NCBI RefSeq assembly: GCF_050920415.1
Contig: NZ_CP169309.1
Source of the DNA: Escherichia coli
Lineage (GTDB): Bacteria > Pseudomonadota > Gammaproteobacteria > Enterobacterales > Enterobacteriaceae
Reading direction: 5' to 3' (one strand)
Length of the DNA stretch: 64,000 nt
Shown here in pieces: positions 1 to 9,465 of this stretch. Made by a program: the position numbers and the translations under genes. Position 1 is the first letter of the stretch; the number at the start of each line of letters is the position of its first letter. A model generated the notes under the pieces. That model had not been told where the DNA came from and ran no database searches. It saw nothing but the letters and a program-made list of their open reading frames with translations.

Positions 1-49
1 CGCCTCAACCATTACAATAGCGACCCAATTTATCTGAACAGAGTTCATC

Positions 50-1669
50 ATGGCCAAAGCACCAACTAAAAAAGCCAAAGCAAAAAAAGGCTTTGAAGAA
101 ACATTATGGGATACCGCAAACCAGCTTCGCGGTAGCGTTGAATCCTCCGAATACAAGCACGTGGTGTTGAGCCTCGTGTTCCTGAAATTCATCAGCGATA
201 AGTTTGAAGCACGCCGCAAAAAAATGATTGCCGATGGGCAAGCAGACTTCCTTGAGATGGAAGTGTTCTACCAGCAGGACAACATTTTCTACCTGCCGGA
301 AGAGGCGCGCTGGTCATTTATCAAACAAAATGCCAAACAGGACGATATTGCGGTCCGTATTGACACCGCCCTCTCGACCATTGAGAAACGTAACCCAACG
401 CTGAAAGGCGCGCTGCCAGACAACTACTTCAGCCGTCAGAATCTGGAAACCAAAAAACTGGCGTCACTGATTGATACCATCGACAACATCGAAACGCTGG
501 CACACGAAACTGACGTTGAAACGTTATCGAAAGAAGACCTGGTCGGACGCGTTTACGAATACTTCCTCGGTAAGTTTGCCGCAACTGAAGGCAAAGGCGG
601 TGGTGAGTTCTACACGCCTAAATGTGTGGTTACGCTGTTAACTGAAATGCTCGAACCCTTTCAGGGCAAAATTTATGACCCGTGCTGCGGCTCGGCAGGG
701 ATGTTCGTGCAGTCGGTGAAGTTTGTCGAGAGCCATCAGGGTAAAAGTCGTGATATCGCGCTGTATGGTCAGGAACTGACAGCCACGACGTATAAACTGG
801 CAAAAATGAACCTCGCTATTCGCGGTCTTTCAGCTAACCTCGGCGAACGACCGGCAAACACTTTCTTTAGCGACCAGCACCCGGACCTGAAAGCTGACTA
901 CATTCTGGCGAACCCGCCGTTCAACCTGAAAGACTGGCGCAATGAAGCCGAATTAACCAAAGACCCACGTTTTGCTGGGTATCGTATGCCGCCAACCGGT
1001 AACGCCAACTACGGCTGGATTTTGCATATGCTCTCCAAGCTGTCGGCTAACGGCACAGCAGGTTTTGTACTGGCAAACGGTTCGATGAGTTCTAACACCA
1101 GCGGCGAAGGCGAGATCCGTGCACAGATGATCGAAAATGATCTGATCGACTGCATGATCGCCCTACCTGGACAGTTGTTTTACACCACGCAGATCCCGGT
1201 GTGTTTATGGTTTATGACCAAATCGAAGGCTGCCGACCCGGCCAAAGGTTATCGTGATCGTCAGGGCGAGACGCTGTTTATTGATGCGCGTAACCTCGGC
1301 ACCATGATTAGCCGCACAACTAAAGAGTTAACAGCGGAAGATATTGCCACAATCGCCGATACTTACCATGCCTGGCGCAGCACGCCGGAAGAACTGGCTG
1401 CACGGATTGCGCGTGGTGACAGCAAGCTGGAAAAATATGAAGACCAGGCTGGCTTCTGCAAAGTTGCGACCCTGCAAGACATTAAAGATAACGGCTACGT
1501 TCTGACACCGGGCCGCTATGTAGGTGCAGCCGAGCAGGAAGAGGACGGCGTGGCATTTGAGACCAAAATGCGTGAATTGTCGAAGACGTTGTTTGAGCAG
1601 ATGAAGCAGGCGGAAGAACTGGATCGTGCGATTCGCCAGAATCTGGAGGCGCTGGGTTATGGGGAGTAA
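50..1669 (+). CDS. hsdM: Type I restriction-modification methyltransferase subunit (HsdM)
   Basis: 539-aa ORF with AdoMet-binding motif DPCCGSAGMF and N6-adenine catalytic motif LANPPF; followed by an overlapping specificity-subunit gene. Sequence differs from EcoKI HsdM, so the family is not K-12-like. Confidence 0.9.
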   Translation: MAKAPTKKAKAKKGFEETLWDTANQLRGSVESSEYKHVVLSLVFLKFISDKFEARRKKMIADGQADFLEMEVFYQQDNIFYLPEEARWSFIKQNAKQDDIAVRIDTALSTIEKRNPTLKGALPDNYFSRQNLETKKLASLIDTIDNIETLAHETDVETLSKEDLVGRVYEYFLGKFAATEGKGGGEFYTPKCVVTLLTEMLEPFQGKIYDPCCGSAGMFVQSVKFVESHQGKSRDIALYGQELTATTYKLAKMNLAIRGLSANLGERPANTFFSDQHPDLKADYILANPPFNLKDWRNEAELTKDPRFAGYRMPPTGNANYGWILHMLSKLSANGTAGFVLANGSMSSNTSGEGEIRAQMIENDLIDCMIALPGQLFYTTQIPVCLWFMTKSKAADPAKGYRDRQGETLFIDARNLGTMISRTTKELTAEDIATIADTYHAWRSTPEELAARIARGDSKLEKYEDQAGFCKVATLQDIKDNGYVLTPGRYVGAAEQEEDGVAFETKMRELSKTLFEQMKQAEELDRAIRQNLEALGYGE

Positions 1670-2975
1670 GTGGGAAACAGTTAGACTTGGTGATTTAACA
1701 AAGTGGTCATCAGGTGGAACACCTAATAAATCGGAGGATTCATATTGGAATGGTACTATTCCGTGGATTAGCGCGTCCTCTATGGAAGGTCATTTATATA
1801 GCGATTCAAAGCTAAAAATAACTGAAGATGGCTTAATAAATGGCTCTCGACTCGCCCCTGCTAATAGCATTCTTCTTTTAGTAAGAGGCAGTATTCTTCA
1901 TCAAAAAATTCAAGTAGGTTTGGCTACAAAGGCTGTTGCATTTAATCAAGATGTAAAATGTCTCATAGTCAATAATGATATGATTGATCCTTGGTATCTT
2001 TTGCTATGGTTTAAAGCAAAAGAACAAGATCTACTAAAAATAGTAGAAAGCACTGGGATAGGCGCAGGGAAGCTTGACACTAAATTATTAATGGATTACC
2101 CAGTTGAAATTCCACCAAAAGAGATTAAAGAATATATCCGTTTTTTGGGGAAAGCGATTTTTGATAAAATAACGCTCAACGAAAATATAAACTATAATTT
2201 GGAAAAAATGTCCCAAACCTTGTTCAAATCCTGGTTTGTGGATTTTGATCCGGTGATTGATAACGCTCTGGATGTCGGAAATCAAATCCCGGAAGCCCTG
2301 CAAGCTCGTGCCGAATTGCGTCAAAAAGTACGTAATAGTGCAGATTTCAAACCACTTCCGACGGAAATCCGCTCGCTTTTCCCAAGTGAATTTGAAGAAA
2401 CGGAGTTAGGTTGGGTACCAAAAGGTTGGGAAATTGGAAAACTTCAAGACTTACTTATTTTACAAAGAGGATTTGATCTTCCTTCTACCCAAAGAAATAT
2501 CGGTTTACACCCAATAATAGCTGCTAGTGGCTATAATGGCACACATGACATCGCAATGGTGAAAGCCCCTGGGATTGTTACTGGCCGCTCTGGTGTATTA
2601 GGTAATGTTTTCCTAATCCTTGAAGACTTCTGGCCTCTGAATACAACGTTGTGGGTAAAAGAGCTAAAACATGCTACACCATGTTACGGATATGAGTTAC
2701 TTAAAATGATAGATTTCTCTTCATTTAATGGCGGTTCAGCTGTTCCAACATTAAACCGTAATCATATTCACAATTTGGATTACTTGCTTCCACCAAGAAA
2801 TTTAATTGAGAAATTTGAGTTATTTTCTATGTCGTTATATAGACAAGTTCACGAATTCAAAAAACAAGCCCAAACCCTAACAGCCCTCCGCGACACCCTG
2901 CTCCCGAAACTCATCTCCGGCGAGCTATCCCTGGAAGATCTTCCGGATCTCAGCACCGATACAGAAGCTGCATAA
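1659..2975 (+). CDS. hsdS: Type I restriction-modification specificity subunit (HsdS)
   Basis: Two AT-rich variable blocks (about 1680-2220 and 2400-2850) flank a GC-normal conserved core, the usual two-TRD HsdS layout. Likely start ATG 1659 overlaps the hsdM stop (ATGGGGAGTAA), suggesting translational coupling; the ORF track starts it at 1626. Confidence 0.85.
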   Translation: MGSKWETVRLGDLTKWSSGGTPNKSEDSYWNGTIPWISASSMEGHLYSDSKLKITEDGLINGSRLAPANSILLLVRGSILHQKIQVGLATKAVAFNQDVKCLIVNNDMIDPWYLLLWFKAKEQDLLKIVESTGIGAGKLDTKLLMDYPVEIPPKEIKEYIRFLGKAIFDKITLNENINYNLEKMSQTLFKSWFVDFDPVIDNALDVGNQIPEALQARAELRQKVRNSADFKPLPTEIRSLFPSEFEETELGWVPKGWEIGKLQDLLILQRGFDLPSTQRNIGLHPIIAASGYNGTHDIAMVKAPGIVTGRSGVLGNVFLILEDFWPLNTTLWVKELKHATPCYGYELLKMIDFSSFNGGSAVPTLNRNHIHNLDYLLPPRNLIEKFELFSMSLYRQVHEFKKQAQTLTALRDTLLPKLISGELSLEDLPDLSTDTEAA

Positions 2976-3069
2976 CGCATTTTGCCCCTGTAAAATCAGG
3001 GGCTTTCTGGTAAGGTTTTCTACTGATACGGGAATGCTTACCAGAAATTAGCCAGGGTTGGAGCGCGAT

Positions 3070-6000
3070 ATGAGTCTCTCTTTCAGTGAAGCAAAATTAG
3101 AACAAGCGATCATTGAACTGTTACAGGATCAGGGATATCAACACCTGATCGGCGATAATGTCCCACGTTCAAGTCTCGATCAGGTCATTATCGAAGACGA
3201 TCTCCGTCATTATTTAGCGGCACGCTACCAGCCTGATGGCATTACTGAAGAAGAGATTCAGCGACTGATCAAACAGTTCACCACGCTCCCCGCTTCCGAT
3301 CTTTATGAAAGCAACAAAACATTTTGTCGCTGGCTGGCAAATGGTTTTCTGTTCAAACGCGACGATCGGCAACAAAAAGATCTCTATATTGAATTGCTCG
3401 ACACCCGGCATCTACCTGCCGCACTGCGCCAGATATTTGACGCCGAAGATGTCCCGTTGCAACAGGCGGCGGAACTCCCGCCCTCCTATATTAATCCGCC
3501 GCTTAACCGGATTAAGATTGTTAACCAGCTTAAAATCTCCGGTAAAGATAATCAGACTCGTATTCCTGACGGCATTCTCTATATCAACGGTCTGCCACTG
3601 GTCGTCTTTGAATTTAAAAGTGCGGTGCGCGAGCAGGATGCCAGTATTGGCGATGCCTGGAAGCAGCTCTGTAAACGCTATCGCCGGGATATTCCGCAAC
3701 TGTTTATCTACAACGCGCTCTGCATTATTAGCGATGGCGTAAATAACCGGATGGGCAACCTGTTTGCGCCCTATGAATACTTTTACTCATGGCGCAAAGT
3801 CACCGGTAATGAAAACCGTGAACAGGACGGAATTCCGTCATTGCACTCAATGATTCAGGGGCTGTTTCATCCGGTACGTCTGCTGGATGTGATTAAAAAC
3901 TTTATCTGCTTCCCGGATAAAGCCAGGCACGAAGTAAAAATTTGCTGCCGATATCCGCAGTACTATGCCGCCCGCAAACTCTATTACAGCATCAAGCAAG
4001 CGCGTAAACCTTTCGGTAGCGGTAAAGGCGGCACCTACTTTGGCGCAACGGGCTGTGGCAAAAGTTACACCATGCAATTTTTAACGCGTCTTTTGATGAA
4101 GAGCGTGGAGTTTGCCAGCCCGACCATTGTTTTGATCACCGACCGCACCGATCTGGACGATCAGCTTTCTGCGCAAATGTGCAATGCCAAAAATTACATT
4201 GGCGACGACACCATCGTTCCTGTTACCAGCCGTGAAGATTTGCGTAATCAACTGGCGGGACGCAATAGTGGCGGTGTATTCCTGACAACGATCCATAAAT
4301 TCACCGAAGACACCGAACTCCTTTCTGAACGCAGCAATATCATTTGCATCTCGGACGAAGCACATCGCAGCCAGGTTAACCTCGACCAGAAAGTCATCGT
4401 CGATAAAGAAAGCGGAAAAGTGCGCAAAACTTATGGCTTTGCGAAATACCTGCACGATTCACTGCCAAACGCCACCTATGTTGGCTTTACCGGCACACCG
4501 ATTGACGCGACGCTCGATGTCTTCGGTGAGGTGATCGACAGTTACACCATGACCGAATCCGTTCAGGATGAAATCACTGTACGCATCGTGTACGAAGGCC
4601 GTGCGGCTAAAGTGATCCTGGACTCCAGCAAACTGGAAGAAGTCGAAAAGTATTACGAAGAGTGCGCAAACGCAGGCACCAATGAGTGGCAAATCGACGA
4701 AAGCAAGAAAGCCACGGCTACCATGAATGCGGTTCTGGGTGATGAAGATCGGTTAAAAGCCCTCGCGGAAGATTTTGCTAAACATTATGAAAAACGCGTA
4801 GCCGAAGGTTCCACCGTAAAAGGCAAAGCCATGTTTGTTTGCACCAGCCGTGAAATTGCCTGGGATTTCTACCGCCAGCTTAAAGCTATTCGCCCTGCCT
4901 GGTTTGAAGTGAAGCAAGCCCCCGATGGCGTCGTCCTGACGGAACAGGAGCAGAAAGAGTTACCGCCTTCAGAAATGGTGAAGATGGTCATGACGCGCGG
5001 TAAAGATGACGACGAGGCGCTTTATGATTTACTGGGCACAAAAGAATATCGTAAAGAGCTGGATAAGCAGTTCAAAAACGCTAAATCGAATTTCAAAATT
5101 GCCATTGTCGTTGATATGTGGCTGACCGGTTTCGACGTTCCTGAACTGGATACTATCTATATTGATAAACCCTTACAAAAACATAACCTTATCCAGACCA
5201 TTTCTCGCGTTAACCGTAAACTGGAAGGCAAAAGTAAAGGGTTAGTGGTGGACTATATCGGCATTAAGAGTCAGATGAACCAGGCACTGGCAATGTATTC
5301 CCGCATTGATGCCACCAACTTTGAAGATATTCAGCAATCGGTAATAGAAGTTAAAAACCATCTCGATTTGTTGGGGCAAGTCTTTTACGAATTTGACAGT
5401 CGGGATTATTTTAGTGGTGAGCCGCAAGCGCAATTATCCTGCCTCAACCGCGCGGCGGAATTCGTTCTGAGTACCCAGAAAGTTGAACGTCGTTTTATGG
5501 GACTGGTTAAACGCATGAAAGCCGCCTACGACGTCTGCTGCGGCAGCGAAGCATTATCACAGACAGAACGTGACTATATTCACTATTATCTTGCTGTTCG
5601 TTCAATTGTTTTCAAACTGACGAAAGGTGACGCACCGGATGTTACCCAGATGAATGCACGCGTTCGCGAAATGATTGCAGAAGCGTTAAAAGCTGATGGC
5701 GTAGAAGAGATTTATTTTCTTGGCGATAAAAAAGCGGAATCCATCGATATTTTTGACGAAGATTATCTGGCGCGAATTAACAAGATCAAACTTCCGGCAA
5801 CGAAGATCCAGTTATTACAAAAATTACTGGAAAAAGCAATCAGCGACTTCAAGAAAGTGAACCAGTTGCAAGGGATTAACTTCACCCGCCGCTTCCAGGC
5901 GATTATAGATCGTTATAATGAGCGGCGAGAAGATGATGTACTCAACGGTGAAGAATTCGATACATTCAGTCAGGAAATGACCGATATTATCTATGATATT

Positions 6001-6372
6001 AAAACCGAAATGGGCACCTGGGCCGACTTAGGCATTGATATTGAAGAAAAAGCCTTTTTCGACATTCTTGCTCATATGCGCGATAAATATCAGTTCACCT
6101 ATGACGATGAAAAAATGCTGTCACTGGCAAAAGAGATGAAAAGCGTGGTTGACAACACATCGAAATATCCTGACTGGAGTAAACGCGATGATATTAAAGC
6201 GAAACTGAAAGTTGAACTTATTCTGCTTCTACACAAGCATAAGTTCCCGCCAGTAGCGAATGATGATGTTTATATGGGTGTGCTGGCACAGGCAGAGAAT
6301 TTTAAAGAACATCATATGAGTGCTTTAAATTACTATGAACGCCGGATACACTTTGTTATCCGGCCATTGTGA
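3070..6372 (+). CDS. hsdR: Type I restriction enzyme endonuclease/translocase subunit (HsdR)
   Basis: About 1100 aa; N-terminal PD-(D/E)xK-like nuclease motif (YINGLPLVVFEFKSA), Walker A-like GATGCGKSYT and DEAH-type motif II (ICISDEAHRSQ); GGAG RBS 7 nt before ATG 3070. Gene order is M-S-R, unlike the K-12 R-M-S order. Confidence 0.85.
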   Translation: MSLSFSEAKLEQAIIELLQDQGYQHLIGDNVPRSSLDQVIIEDDLRHYLAARYQPDGITEEEIQRLIKQFTTLPASDLYESNKTFCRWLANGFLFKRDDRQQKDLYIELLDTRHLPAALRQIFDAEDVPLQQAAELPPSYINPPLNRIKIVNQLKISGKDNQTRIPDGILYINGLPLVVFEFKSAVREQDASIGDAWKQLCKRYRRDIPQLFIYNALCIISDGVNNRMGNLFAPYEYFYSWRKVTGNENREQDGIPSLHSMIQGLFHPVRLLDVIKNFICFPDKARHEVKICCRYPQYYAARKLYYSIKQARKPFGSGKGGTYFGATGCGKSYTMQFLTRLLMKSVEFASPTIVLITDRTDLDDQLSAQMCNAKNYIGDDTIVPVTSREDLRNQLAGRNSGGVFLTTIHKFTEDTELLSERSNIICISDEAHRSQVNLDQKVIVDKESGKVRKTYGFAKYLHDSLPNATYVGFTGTPIDATLDVFGEVIDSYTMTESVQDEITVRIVYEGRAAKVILDSSKLEEVEKYYEECANAGTNEWQIDESKKATATMNAVLGDEDRLKALAEDFAKHYEKRVAEGSTVKGKAMFVCTSREIAWDFYRQLKAIRPAWFEVKQAPDGVVLTEQEQKELPPSEMVKMVMTRGKDDDEALYDLLGTKEYRKELDKQFKNAKSNFKIAIVVDMWLTGFDVPELDTIYIDKPLQKHNLIQTISRVNRKLEGKSKGLVVDYIGIKSQMNQALAMYSRIDATNFEDIQQSVIEVKNHLDLLGQVFYEFDSRDYFSGEPQAQLSCLNRAAEFVLSTQKVERRFMGLVKRMKAAYDVCCGSEALSQTERDYIHYYLAVRSIVFKLTKGDAPDVTQMNARVREMIAEALKADGVEEIYFLGDKKAESIDIFDEDYLARINKIKLPATKIQLLQKLLEKAISDFKKVNQLQGINFTRRFQAIIDRYNERREDDVLNGEEFDTFSQEMTDIIYDIKTEMGTWADLGIDIEEKAFFDILAHMRDKYQFTYDDEKMLSLAKEMKSVVDNTSKYPDWSKRDDIKAKLKVELILLLHKHKFPPVANDDVYMGVLAQAENFKEHHMSALNYYERRIHFVIRPL

Positions 6373-6452
6373 ATTAACGTTAATTTCTCTTCCAGATATC
6401 TCCAGTAACGCTTTTATTATTTTCTATTTTTAGCTGGACTTTCCCTGTATTT

Positions 6453-6470
6453 ACTGATGATATGTCCAGG
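6453..6470 (+). promoter_or_regulatory. Candidate LexA box (CTG-N10-CAG) upstream of symE
   Basis: TACTGATGATATGTCCAGG matches the CTG-N10-CAG SOS-box spacing about 80 bp upstream of the symE start; symE is a known SOS-induced gene. Confidence 0.4.
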
Positions 6471-6546
6471 TATTTAGCGCGGTGCGGATGTGCGCCAACA
6501 CACCCGCACCGCTAATCACAATCCCTATTTCTAAGGAATAGTAATC

Positions 6547-6888
6547 ATGACTGACACGCATTCTATTGCACAACCGTTCGAAGCAGAAGTCTCCCCGGCA
6601 AATAACCGTCAATTAACCGTGAGTTATGCGAGTCGCTACCCGGATTACAGCCGTATTCCCGCCATCACCCTGAAAGGTCAGTGGCTGGAAGCCGCCGGTT
6701 TTGCCACCGGCACGGCGGTAGATGTCAAAGTGATGGAAGGCTGTATTGTCCTCACCGCCCAACCACCCGCCCCCGAAGAGAGCGAACTGATGCAGTCGCT
6801 GCGCCAGGTGTGCAAACTGTCAGCGCGTAAACAGAAGCAGGTGCAGGAGTTTATTGGGGTGATTGCCGGTAAACAGAAAGTCGCCTGA
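6547..6888 (+). CDS. symE: SOS-induced toxin SymE (AbrB-fold, type I toxin-antitoxin toxin)
   Basis: 113-aa ORF recognised as SymE, in the conserved position beside the hsd genes. Confidence 0.85.
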   Translation: MTDTHSIAQPFEAEVSPANNRQLTVSYASRYPDYSRIPAITLKGQWLEAAGFATGTAVDVKVMEGCIVLTAQPPAPEESELMQSLRQVCKLSARKQKQVQEFIGVIAGKQKVA

Positions 6889-6934
6889 TACATTGACCCG
6901 GTAGCGCCAGTGCTACCGGGTATTATTCGCCACG

Positions 6935-9028
6935 TTATACCAACGCGCTCTCCATCTGTTTTTCAAATGCCTGACGGATTAATCCCATAATGTAAGGAAG
7001 TTGTGCGAGGTCGCTGAAACCAATTTCTACATCGCCATTGCCCCAGCGCCCAACATTTGTGACATCTTTGGCAATACCTTTCGGATCGACCAGTTCATGA
7101 AACTGCATATTAAGCGACAATCGCAGTCGGCTTTTTTGCGGCACAACATCAACAAAATTCGTTTCCGCTTTAAACGCAATATAGAGCTTCAATACTTCCT
7201 GCGTGATCCCTGCGTCCAGGCGCATAACTTCATCGCGAAGATGATCGAATAACACCCGGCTATGCGAACCATCAGCAAGAAAAGGATAATCACTCAGGCT
7301 GTAACTGGTTTTGTTCTCCGGCTGCGCCCGATAAACAGCTAAAACCTCTTCAGGAAGAGCAGGCGCTTGCCAGACCTGAACCGCGAGATCGGCCAGACGA
7401 TCGGCTCGGGCGTGAATGGCAGCTTCATCCCATTTTTCGCACTGTCCAAGACCGATATTCAAATAGAGCGGGCTATGTTTAAAGCCATCTTCAATATCGC
7501 GTTTTTCCGCGAAAGGTCTGTCACTGTAGCGGGAGTTATAGCGCGTTAATGTGAGATTCCCCAACGTATGCAACAGTTCTTTATGCACACGCTGCCAGTC
7601 GCTTCCCAGCTCTTCACGCCATTTAGCCGACAAATTTTCGTTCTGCGGCATAATGTGCTCAATCGTAAACTCTTCCACGCGCTCTCTGCGTTTATCGTTT
7701 TCCAGTCGTCGTAACCAGTAACTGCGACTGCGGAAGTTATAGAGATCGCGAACTTTTAATTCCCGTTTAAATTCATCATCGTTGGGGAAACGACGATATG
7801 AAGGTAGATTCAGAAAATGTACCTGAATACTTTCCAGATAATTTTCTTTATTAATAACTTTATAAAAAGTGGCAAACGTCTTGTTAAGAGAATTTGTCGG
7901 AATCGCACATACTGCACGGCGGAAAACATAAGATTCAATTGAACGAATTATGCTCAGGAAATCTTCGTGAGACAAATCGCCATTTTTATAGTCATGATAA
8001 AGCGCCAGTAAGAAAGGATACGCTACATCGACCTTTAACTCGCGCAAATCCTGAAAAGCCGTAGCAAGCGATTTGTCACTTTCTTTTCCCAATGCCATTG
8101 CACAGTAATACTCCGCGTAGATGTGAATATCTTCAACCAGCCGATCTACGCCTTTTTCAGCAACACTCTGGCTACGGGCATGTAGTTTAAATGCCTCATA
8201 GACTTCATCTGTCCGAGGGATCTCCCCCGTTTTTACCGTCAGATAATGACGCATAAAACTGTCAAAATATTCGCTGTAACCTTGCTGACCAAAAGCGACT
8301 TCCATTGGACGCCAGTGATCTTCATACAACCGGGTTTGATGCTCTGGTTCGAGGCCCATCAGGATAAAATTGCGCACCAGATCGGCCTGACTTAACGCCT
8401 TACCGGTGGAGTTCATACTTTCAAAAATCAGTTGCGGATTATCCTGGCCACGATTAAGTGCCACATCGACAATTAATAACTTTGCTAACCCACGACATAA
8501 GGGGATCAAGTCATCACCGAGTTTGGCAATTTGCTCATCAAAGAAAGTAAAGTTTTCCATTATTCGATGGGAATAGTTTTCTGGCATTGGTCTTTGTTTT
8601 ATTAACGCCAGTAGACTGTCTTTATCAGTCTCGGTCAGCAGTAATTTAAAACCTTTCTCGCCGGACTCATAAGGATTGAGCAAATAATAATTACGCAATT
8701 TCATTGCCGAAAAGCCATCAAAAACTTCGTCTTCGCCAAGATGGCGCGATAAAGCCTCAATCAGCAACATTGCGGTCGTCAGCCGCTGCTGACCATCAAT
8801 GACCAGCAACGGAGAAATACCAGAAACCTGATACAACCCCTGCTCAATATAAACAACCGAACCGATAAAATGCGCTGATATATCGTCACGCTTTCCGGCA
8901 CGAATGATGTCGTCCCAAAGTTGCCGACATTGTTGCCCGGTCCATGAATAGGTGCGTTGATAAATGGGAATAACAAACTGCTGCGAACGTTTTAAAAAAT
9001 CGAGTAGGCGAGCCTCTGTGGCTTTCAT
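6935..9028 (-). CDS. DUF262/DUF1524 two-domain nuclease, GmrSD-like putative modification-dependent (type IV) restriction enzyme
   Basis: 697-aa ORF; N-terminal DUF262 hallmark DGQQRLTT, C-terminal His-Me-finger-like region (EHIMPQNE...). Sits where K-12 carries mcrBC. Confidence 0.7.
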   Translation of the reverse strand: MKATEARLLDFLKRSQQFVIPIYQRTYSWTGQQCRQLWDDIIRAGKRDDISAHFIGSVVYIEQGLYQVSGISPLLVIDGQQRLTTAMLLIEALSRHLGEDEVFDGFSAMKLRNYYLLNPYESGEKGFKLLLTETDKDSLLALIKQRPMPENYSHRIMENFTFFDEQIAKLGDDLIPLCRGLAKLLIVDVALNRGQDNPQLIFESMNSTGKALSQADLVRNFILMGLEPEHQTRLYEDHWRPMEVAFGQQGYSEYFDSFMRHYLTVKTGEIPRTDEVYEAFKLHARSQSVAEKGVDRLVEDIHIYAEYYCAMALGKESDKSLATAFQDLRELKVDVAYPFLLALYHDYKNGDLSHEDFLSIIRSIESYVFRRAVCAIPTNSLNKTFATFYKVINKENYLESIQVHFLNLPSYRRFPNDDEFKRELKVRDLYNFRSRSYWLRRLENDKRRERVEEFTIEHIMPQNENLSAKWREELGSDWQRVHKELLHTLGNLTLTRYNSRYSDRPFAEKRDIEDGFKHSPLYLNIGLGQCEKWDEAAIHARADRLADLAVQVWQAPALPEEVLAVYRAQPENKTSYSLSDYPFLADGSHSRVLFDHLRDEVMRLDAGITQEVLKLYIAFKAETNFVDVVPQKSRLRLSLNMQFHELVDPKGIAKDVTNVGRWGNGDVEIGFSDLAQLPYIMGLIRQAFEKQMESALV

Positions 9029-9465
9029 CCTGGCGTCCTTCCGTGAAGCAATAATGACGCAATAATAACCACTTCCTTGTGAAGGTTATAGCGAAATCCG
9101 GTTTATCCGCGATGAATTGCCCCCTCACTCCACATCCTCCCTGCGTAACCCAATATCTCTCAACCGCTCATCACTCATCTGCTGTAACACGCGTCGGGTC
9201 TGCATTTGCCGCCGCCAACGCCTCACCGCCTGCCAGAGTTGCACCAGGCCGATAAACGGCGCTTTAGCTCTGTTTTCGTGAAATTCCATCTGCTGCCTCC
9301 TCATCTTTCAGAGGCTTCATCATCCGCCTTCTGGCAGTTCACAATACAGATGCAAATATTAGTTTTATTTAACATACAGACAGGTTAAAACAACATCTGC
9401 ATCCGGTTTTTTAGCCTCATCTGTACCGGTTTTTCTCTCTGTATGGTCCAAATAAGGAGTACAGC

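Noticed and set aside
3214-4692. Cluster of small ORFs on both strands inside hsdR (3214-3411, 3305-3742, 3412-3699, 3847-4077, 4081-4455, 4459-4692)
   Set aside because: All lie within the continuous 1100-aa HsdR reading frame, which has clear helicase and nuclease motifs; no frameshift in hsdR is evident.
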